NCBI GenBank assembly: GCA_964530415.1
Contig: CAZHAM010000001.1
Span: forward strand, 1 to 33,827
Direction of reading: 5' to 3'
Source of the DNA: an uncultured Candidatus Saccharibacteria bacterium
GTDB lineage: Bacteria > Patescibacteriota > WWE3 > UBA101185 > UBA10185
DNA length: 33,827 nucleotides
This document shows positions 24,902 through 31,705 of the stretch, in pieces. The notes under the pieces are model-generated. The model was not told the origin of the DNA. It searched no databases and saw only the letters and a program-made list of their open reading frames with translations. The position numbers were made by a program, and so were the translations under genes. Numbering within the stretch: position 1 is the first letter of the stretch; every line of letters starts with the position of its first letter.

Positions 24902-27900
24902 TTATTCCTCCACTTTCAAACTTGAATCCTCTTCGGTCATTCCCTCGGGCAACTGGCTATCAACAATAGTTTCGGGTACAAACTCGTCACCTTCTACTAT
25001 TGGCAGATCGCTGAGGGCTGCGGTTGGATCGATTTCTGAGAACAATGCTTCGATGCCCAATCCCAAACCGTTTAGTTTTCTAATTAATAATTTAAATGTT
25101 TCCGGAACAGTAGGTTCGGGAATTTCTGTGCCTTGAATCATTGCGCTATAAGCTTGAGTTCTGCCTATCATATCGTCTGACTTAATCGTCAGCATTTCGT
25201 TAAGAATATGAGCCGCACCATATGCTTCCAACGCCCATACTTCCATTTCTCCAAATCTTTGGCCACCAAACTGAGCTTTACCTCCCAAAGGCTGTTGTGT
25301 AATCAATGAGTAAGGTCCTGTTGATCTTGCGTGCATCTTCTCTTCGCTCATATGAATTAGTTTCAATAGGTAAGTGTCTCCGAATACAATCTCATCGTGA
25401 TACTCCTCGCCTGTTCTACCATCGGTCAATTTCATTTTTCCCGATAACGGAAGTCCGGCTTTTTTGAGCTCATCTTCGATTAATTGTTCTGGAATTTCCT
25501 GCAAAGAAGGGACTTCATATTTTTTATCCAACGATTTACCTGCCATACCCAAAGATGCTTCCAAAATCTGACCTACGTTCATTCTTTTTAAAACCGCTTC
25601 TGAGGAGAAGATAATATCGACTGTTCTTCCGTCTGGTAAAACCGGCATATCGATTGAAGGGATGATGGCAGAAATAACACCTTTGTTACCGTGTCTTCCT
25701 GCAAGTTTGTCTCCGATTTCAATCTTTTTTTGCTGTGCAACGTAAATAGTGATTTCTTCGAGTGTTCCGGCTGGTAAGGTCTCATTATCAGATTTTGTTA
25801 CTTTTTTAACACCGATAACAACTCCGTGTTCTCCGTGGGGCATAGAAAGTGAATTGTCTCTTACATCTTTTGCTTTTTCACCAAAAATTGCTCTTAGCAA
25901 TCTTTCTTCTGCTGTAAGATCAACTTCGCCTTTTGGAGCGACTTTACCTACAAGGATATCTCCTGATTTAACCTTTGATCCAACAGCCACAATACCCTCT
26001 TCGTCGAGATTTCTAAGTGCGTCTTCAGAAATATTTGGTATGTCTCTTGTAATTTCCTCCGGACCAAGTTTTGTTTCTAATACAGAAATGGTGTAGTCAG
26101 AAATATGAATTGAGGTTAAAACGTCTTCTTTTACTAATTTGTCCGAAATAACAATTCCGTCCTCAAATTCCAAACCTTCAAAAATCATGTATGCAACGGT
26201 AACATTTGTCCCGATTGCAAGTTCTCCATCGTCAACAGCCGGTCCTTCAATAAGCGAGTCGCCTTTTTTAACTTTTTGGCCTGAAACTACTTTTACATAC
26301 TGGTTGTAGCATGTATCGGAATTTGTTTGATTAAATTTAACGGCTTGGTATTCAGTTTTTTTCTTGCCTTTAGCATTGTCGTATACCATAACAACCTTGT
26401 TTCCGTCTGCATAGTCAACAACCCCATCGTCCTCGGCTAAAATAACAGCATTAGAGTTAACCGCGATTTCTTTTTCGATTCCTGTTCCGACAATAGGGCT
26501 TTCCGGTTTTACCAAAGGAACAGCCTGAGCCATTTGTTGAGTTCCCATTAAAGCTCTTGCGATATCGTTATTTTGCAAAAACGGAATAAGTCCTGCTGAA
26601 ATTCCCACAACCTGTCTTGGAACAACCTCAATATATTGTGCGTGTGAAACATCGCCCAAGAAGAAATTGTTACCTTTTCTTAGAGGAACCTGTTTATCAA
26701 TAATGTAATCTTTGTCATCTATCTCAATTGATTGGTCTGTGATGTAAACTTCCTCTTCTTCGTAAGCTGCCAGATAAACAATTTCGTTTGTAATTCTTAA
26801 ATTGCCGCTTTTGTCTTTTTCTAATTTAATGTAAGGAGTTTCTAAAAAGCCGTAATCATTAACTTTTGCGTACATTGCAAGATAGTTGATTAAACCTACA
26901 TTAGGACCTTCCGGTGTTCTAACCGGACAAATCTTACCAAACGAAGAGTAATGAACGTCTCTTACCGACATGCTGGCTCTTTCTTTTGTTAAACCGCCGG
27001 GTCCCATAACTGAAAGTCTTCTTAAATGGTCCAATGAAGTTAAAGGATTTTGCTGGTCCTGAAGCTGAGAGAGCTGGCCGGTTGCAAAAAAGCTGTGAAT
27101 AGAAGCTGCAATTGCTCTGGGCGAGATCAATGTTGAAGGCTCGGGCAAAAAGTCTCTCGGAGCCAAACTCATTCTTTCTTTTATGTTTCGTTCCATTCTT
27201 AAAAAGCCGATTCGGATCTGCCATTGTAAAAGCTCACCTATACTTTTGACTCTTCGGTTGGCTAAAAAGTCGACATCGCTTATATCTCCAATACCGTTAT
27301 TGAGCTCGATTATCTTGGAAACTATTTTAATAAGGTCTTGTGATTGAAGTAATCTGTTGTCGGGGTCATTTGTAAAATTTAGGCCTAAAACCTGATTTAA
27401 CTTAAACCTTCCTACCGCGCCTAAACTGTATCTTCTTTTGTTGAAAAACATAGATTCAACCAGTGCGCGCGCATTTTCTAAAATCAAAGGTTCTCCCGGT
27501 CTCATTTTTCGGTAAACCTCAATGCAGGCTTCTTCGAAGGAAGAAGCGGGGTCTTTGGCCAATGTGCTTTCGATGTAGTTTATTTCCGGGTTAGTTTCTA
27601 CTGATGTGAAGGCATTTCTGATATCATCGTCGGTTTCCAAGCCAAAAATTCTCAGCAATGTCGTAACGGTAATTTTTCTTTTTCTGTCGATTCTGACGCT
27701 AACTACACCTGTTCTTGATGTTTCGAGCTCTAGCCATACTCCGCTGCGCGGTAAAACTTTGGCTCCAGCCAAGAACTGGCCTGTTACTGGTGATACTTCT
27801 CCTGTAAACAAAACACCTTCTGATCTGATTAGCTGATTTACAATAACTCTTTCGACTCCATTAATAACAAAAGTTCCCCTCTCGGTCATAAGGGGAATAT

Positions 27901-28210
27901 CTCCCATATAAAGCATCTGTTCTTTCTTGATCTTTCTAATCGGGTCTTGGAGAGTTGCTTTGACGTACCATGGGGCGTCATATGTTCGACCGGTGCGCTT
28001 TGCTACTTCGACTGTAAAGTTTTCTTTGTGAATCTCGGGTTTTGAAAAGGTTAAAACCCATCCTCTTCCGGAATTGTCTTCAACTACCCCGAGTTCGTCT
28101 AAAACCTCGTTAAGGCCTTCGTTTTGGAGCCAGTTAAATGAATTTAGTTGTACTGAAATTAGATTAGGTAAAGGTAAAGATATTTTTCTTTTTGAAAAGC
28201 TATGTCTCAT
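24902..28210 (-). CDS. rpoB: DNA-directed RNA polymerase subunit beta
   Basis: RRLSVMGPGGLTKERA, PEGPNVGLI, GRHGNKGV, GEMEVWALEAYGAA. Confidence 0.97.
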   Translation of the reverse strand: MRHSFSKRKISLPLPNLISVQLNSFNWLQNEGLNEVLDELGVVEDNSGRGWVLTFSKPEIHKENFTVEVAKRTGRTYDAPWYVKATLQDPIRKIKKEQMLYMGDIPLMTERGTFVINGVERVIVNQLIRSEGVLFTGEVSPVTGQFLAGAKVLPRSGVWLELETSRTGVVSVRIDRKRKITVTTLLRIFGLETDDDIRNAFTSVETNPEINYIESTLAKDPASSFEEACIEVYRKMRPGEPLILENARALVESMFFNKRRYSLGAVGRFKLNQVLGLNFTNDPDNRLLQSQDLIKIVSKIIELNNGIGDISDVDFLANRRVKSIGELLQWQIRIGFLRMERNIKERMSLAPRDFLPEPSTLISPRAIAASIHSFFATGQLSQLQDQQNPLTSLDHLRRLSVMGPGGLTKERASMSVRDVHYSSFGKICPVRTPEGPNVGLINYLAMYAKVNDYGFLETPYIKLEKDKSGNLRITNEIVYLAAYEEEEVYITDQSIEIDDKDYIIDKQVPLRKGNNFFLGDVSHAQYIEVVPRQVVGISAGLIPFLQNNDIARALMGTQQMAQAVPLVKPESPIVGTGIEKEIAVNSNAVILAEDDGVVDYADGNKVVMVYDNAKGKKKTEYQAVKFNQTNSDTCYNQYVKVVSGQKVKKGDSLIEGPAVDDGELAIGTNVTVAYMIFEGLEFEDGIVISDKLVKEDVLTSIHISDYTISVLETKLGPEEITRDIPNISEDALRNLDEEGIVAVGSKVKSGDILVGKVAPKGEVDLTAEERLLRAIFGEKAKDVRDNSLSMPHGEHGVVIGVKKVTKSDNETLPAGTLEEITIYVAQQKKIEIGDKLAGRHGNKGVISAIIPSIDMPVLPDGRTVDIIFSSEAVLKRMNVGQILEASLGMAGKSLDKKYEVPSLQEIPEQLIEDELKKAGLPLSGKMKLTDGRTGEEYHDEIVFGDTYLLKLIHMSEEKMHARSTGPYSLITQQPLGGKAQFGGQRFGEMEVWALEAYGAAHILNEMLTIKSDDMIGRTQAYSAMIQGTEIPEPTVPETFKLLIRKLNGLGLGIEALFSEIDPTAALSDLPIVEGDEFVPETIVDSQLPEGMTEEDSSLKVEE

Positions 28211-28292
28211 TAAATAATTTTCAAATTTATAAATTTAGAAATACGTGGTGTGAGTCGCACCCTAAGCACCCTTATTACAAGGAACAGCGCGT

Positions 28293-28321
28293 AGATTACC
28301 ATAGTAAAAGAGCTATGTCAA
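28293..28321 (-). promoter_or_regulatory. sigma70-like promoter for rpoB and the downstream array (TTGACA-N17-TAATCT, with TGG immediately upstream of the -10)
   Basis: On the minus strand, TTGACA lies at 28321..28316 and TAATCT at 28298..28293. The 17-nt spacer ends in TGG, giving an extended -10 flavour. The element sits about 83 nt upstream of the rpoB ATG. Confidence 0.5.
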
Positions 28322-28414
28322 CAACAAAAACCCACTTGCTGTAGCTTTTTTGGGCTTGATCGCACAGAATTGTATTTAATTGTTTCTATTATAAGGTTTT
28401 TGCCCCTAATAATG

Positions 28415-28960
28415 TCAGGAAATAAATCCGATTTTTCCTACAGGCCAAAACCTAAATATTACCTTTCCGATTATACGCGATTCTTTAACAAATCCAAATA
28501 CCCTAGAGTCTACAGAAACATCCCTATTGTCTCCCAAGACCATATAAGAGTCTTCATCGATTTTTAGTGCTCTACCATCTAAAAGCGCATCTCCTCCTCG
28601 GGTGCAGTCTATGGGATCTAAGTAATTTTCATTAAGATAAAATTTGTTCCCGTCTTTGGAAATGTAAACTTTGCAGTCTAAAATCTTCACAATTTCCCCC
28701 GGCAAACCAATGATTCTTTTTAAATAGTGCTTGTTCGGATCTGTAGGAGGTGTCAAAACAACAACCTGGCCTCTTTCGTAACCTGTAAAGTGCTTTGTCA
28801 GCTTTTCTACCAAAATTCTCTCGCCTGTGTGAAAGTTAGGTTCCATACTTGCACCCCACACAACTTCCACCGAAGCAACCGTTGCATACAAAACAAGAAT
28901 TATAGCCAATGAAACCAGGATTGTTTCAAAGAATTCCAAAATTATATTTTTAACACTCAT
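28415..28960 (-). CDS. lepB: signal peptidase I (S26 family)
   Basis: N-terminal TM segment, catalytic Ser box GASMEP, Lys box YLKRIIGLPGE, and GDNRDVSVDSR. Confidence 0.9.
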   Translation of the reverse strand: MSVKNIILEFFETILVSLAIILVLYATVASVEVVWGASMEPNFHTGERILVEKLTKHFTGYERGQVVVLTPPTDPNKHYLKRIIGLPGEIVKILDCKVYISKDGNKFYLNENYLDPIDCTRGGDALLDGRALKIDEDSYMVLGDNRDVSVDSRVFGFVKESRIIGKVIFRFWPVGKIGFIS

Positions 28961-28991
28961 ATTAAATCTTCTTAACCGACAGACACCATTA

Positions 28992-28997
28992 TATAAT
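28992..28997 (+). promoter_or_regulatory. -10 box (TATAAT) 10 nt upstream of the TMTC-like gene start
   Basis: TATAAT at 28992..28997 and the ATG at 29008. No SD-like sequence lies between them, and only a weak -35 (TTCTTA, 28969..28974) is present. Confidence 0.3.
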
Positions 28998-29007
28998 ATC
29001 TAAGTCT

Positions 29008-30657
29008 ATGTCTCATAAGAAAAAGCGTAAACAAGTAAATCAACCCGTGGTTATGCAAAAAGATCCTGGAAGCATACGGGGTCTGATAAAAAGCAATCTT
29101 CTGCTTTTAGCAATTTTTGTAATTTTCGGCTTTATTTTATACGGCAGAGTATTAAACGGAGAGTTTCTAACCGCAGATGATATGGCTACAATTGTAGAAG
29201 ACCCCTTAAGTCGCGATTTTAAAGCATCTGTACAAACCGGAAGCTTTATGAGTATTTACGAAGCGGGAATGTACCAGCTATTTAATTACACTTCAACGGG
29301 CTTTCACCTTGCTTCTACGATTTTACATATAATTAACGCCTTTCTTGCGTTTTTATTGATATCAAGGCTTTATAATCAAAAGACGGCGCTTCTTGCCAGC
29401 TTATTATTTTTTGTCCATCCTGTTAACTCAGAAACAGTTTCGTGGATTTCGGCTTTTGTGTACTTACTAATTGGATTTGTAAATTTGGTGGTATTTTTAT
29501 GTCTTGTTGAATACCGCAAATCCGGAAATTCCGCTTATTTAATAGGGGGTGTTGTGACCTTCGCCTCAAGCTTGATATTTATCAGAACACCATGGCTTCT
29601 TACAGTCCCCATTTCGGTTATGGTTTTAGATTCGGCCTACTTTTATGAAAAAGGTAAAAGTTTAAAAGAAAATCTGATACAAAAATTTAACGGTAGTTTC
29701 TTTTATTTTTTAGCTGCAGGAATATATTTTGCTACAGAACTAGTTACTAAATATGCAGTTAGAATAAGCGACTTGAAAACTTATCACTATTTGGATCCGA
29801 CAAAATCAGAACCTTTAATAAATAGATACTCATACACGATAACTAAATCTTTAGAGTTATTATTATTTCCTGTAAATCTTACGATATTTCACGAAGGGGA
29901 AATTATTACTCCCGCTAAATTAATTTTTATTATAAGTATTGCCTCATTATTTATAGTTTTGATCCTTTTACTTATATTCAAAAGATATTTTGAAACTGCT
30001 GTGCTTCTGTTAATGATTTATATTTTGATCTTACCGTCTTTTAGCCCTGTAATTGTTGCCTGGTTTATCGCTGAAAGATATTTATACATTCCATCGTTAT
30101 TTTTTGCTGTCTTAGTTGTTACTGGATTAATGCAGGTTGAAAAAAATTTTAAACTTAATAATTTTGTTACACCATTTATGGTCTTTTTGATTCTGATGTT
30201 TTCGATTAAAACTTTTGTGCGCGCCGGAGATTGGCAAAACGACAAAAAACTTTGGCTGGCAACTCTTGAGGTCTCGCCTTTAAGTTACAGAGTTTACAAT
30301 AATTTGGGGGACGTTTACTTTAAAGAAGGAAATTATCCACTTGCTATTAAAAACTTTGAAATTGCTTATCAAATAAAACCTGATTACGCTGACGCGGTGC
30401 ACAATATCGGACATACGTATATGCAGGCGGGCAATCTTGAGGAAGCAAAAAAATATCTACAACTTTCTTTTCAGATGAACCCGAGAATGTATCTCTCGCT
30501 TTTTAAGCTTGGAATTATTGAATATCAACAAGGAAATTTGTTAGAAGCAAAAAGATACTTTGAAGGAGCTGCACAAATTGAACCAAACTTTGAACAGGCA
30601 AAAACAGCTTTGATGCAACTTAATAAATACATAGAAGAAAACAAGCCTGCGGAATAG
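29008..30657 (+). CDS. GT-C fold membrane glycosyltransferase with C-terminal TPR repeats (TMTC / PMT-like)
   Basis: About 10 or more hydrophobic segments. The first extracytoplasmic loop reads LNGEFLTADDMATIVEDP, matching the acidic DD motif of TMTC/PMT/ArnT-type GT-C enzymes. The C-terminal 150 aa are TPR repeats (YNNLGDVYFKEGNY..AI..FE.A....P.YADA..N.G..Y...GN..EA...). Confidence 0.7.
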   Translation: MSHKKKRKQVNQPVVMQKDPGSIRGLIKSNLLLLAIFVIFGFILYGRVLNGEFLTADDMATIVEDPLSRDFKASVQTGSFMSIYEAGMYQLFNYTSTGFHLASTILHIINAFLAFLLISRLYNQKTALLASLLFFVHPVNSETVSWISAFVYLLIGFVNLVVFLCLVEYRKSGNSAYLIGGVVTFASSLIFIRTPWLLTVPISVMVLDSAYFYEKGKSLKENLIQKFNGSFFYFLAAGIYFATELVTKYAVRISDLKTYHYLDPTKSEPLINRYSYTITKSLELLLFPVNLTIFHEGEIITPAKLIFIISIASLFIVLILLLIFKRYFETAVLLLMIYILILPSFSPVIVAWFIAERYLYIPSLFFAVLVVTGLMQVEKNFKLNNFVTPFMVFLILMFSIKTFVRAGDWQNDKKLWLATLEVSPLSYRVYNNLGDVYFKEGNYPLAIKNFEIAYQIKPDYADAVHNIGHTYMQAGNLEEAKKYLQLSFQMNPRMYLSLFKLGIIEYQQGNLLEAKRYFEGAAQIEPNFEQAKTALMQLNKYIEENKPAE

Positions 30658-30671
30658 TTCGGCAGCGTAGT

Positions 30672-31640
30672 TTAAATTTTAATTAACTTTTCAAGCCACG
30701 GAATATTTTCATTTTTTCTTTGCCACCACAAATCTTCCCAAATATAGTGAACGGCAAGTTGTTTATACTCGCCAAATTTATCAAAATGCTTGAGTAGCTT
30801 CTCAACAGGAACCGGATTTTCAGGATCTTTGTTAAAAAAGATTTTTGAATAAATTTTTTGTTCCCACGGAGAAATATGATTAAAAAAGTCCCAATGATGA
30901 AAAACATCAAATAATAAATACCAGACTGTTGCCGGACCGACACCGTACATTTTTAATAACTTGGCCATTTGAAATTCTCTGTCATTTTTTCTGAGTTCGA
31001 GTTCATCAATATGATTACTCAAAAATTCTTCGTCTATTTTTTTGATAGATTTTGCTCGATACCCGACTTTTAACTTACGCAATTCGTCTTCGGTAACATC
31101 TTTGAGTTTTCCAGGTTTCCAAAAACACCATAATTTTTTATCGTCAAAATCAATGAGAGTTCCGTATTTCTCTAAAAGAGCCTGAAACATTTGGGCGGAG
31201 CGTTTTACCGTAGCATTTTGCAAAACTACACCAATTATTAAGTATTCGTATAGAGAGCTCGGGTGACCGGGACGCATGCCTTTCCATTTTTTTATAACAG
31301 GACCAAGAACTTTATCTTTTTCAAATTTTTTATAAAATCCGCTCAGATCTAAGTTTAAGTTATAACGATAAATAATTTCGGTAGTTAGTGATTTTAAAAA
31401 TTCTTCAGTTAGTTTAGACGAGGAAAATACTTCGACATTTATACACGGGATATTTTTTGTTCCTTTATTAATGAACTTCAATCCCAAAGAATGATTTTTC
31501 CAATACCAAGTTTGCCACTTAACTTCTGATTCCCATAAATTATCTCCGGAAGTGAAATGGTCGGGTTTATGAAACGTCGAATTAAAATCAAACGGTGGTG
31601 AGGGAACAATTACTATAGTTTCAACTTTTTTCAATCCCAT
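30672..31640 (-). CDS. HhH-GPD superfamily DNA glycosylase, AlkA-like
   Basis: LYEYLIIGVVLQNATVKRSAQMFQAL..KYG, LRKLKVGYRAKSIKKI, and the HhH element LLKMYGVGPATVWYLLF. I prefer the ATG at 31640. The ORF-track start at 31655 is a TTG. Confidence 0.55.
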   Translation of the reverse strand: MGLKKVETIVIVPSPPFDFNSTFHKPDHFTSGDNLWESEVKWQTWYWKNHSLGLKFINKGTKNIPCINVEVFSSSKLTEEFLKSLTTEIIYRYNLNLDLSGFYKKFEKDKVLGPVIKKWKGMRPGHPSSLYEYLIIGVVLQNATVKRSAQMFQALLEKYGTLIDFDDKKLWCFWKPGKLKDVTEDELRKLKVGYRAKSIKKIDEEFLSNHIDELELRKNDREFQMAKLLKMYGVGPATVWYLLFDVFHHWDFFNHISPWEQKIYSKIFFNKDPENPVPVEKLLKHFDKFGEYKQLAVHYIWEDLWWQRKNENIPWLEKLIKI

Positions 31641-31705
31641 TTTTGCATTATACAACTTTTTTCGGGTTTTTATTGGGTTTTGATATTAGTACTGCCTTAA
31701 AAAAC

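Noticed and set aside
28223-28236. A perfect 14-nt palindrome AAATTTATAAATTT, 13 nt upstream of the rpoB ATG.
   Set aside because: A pure A/T palindrome in an AT-rich leader has low information content and is likely fortuitous.
28322-28414. A possible terminator after lepB (CCCA...TGGG followed by TTTTT).
   Set aside because: It has only a 4-bp stem with a 16-nt loop, which is too weak to call.
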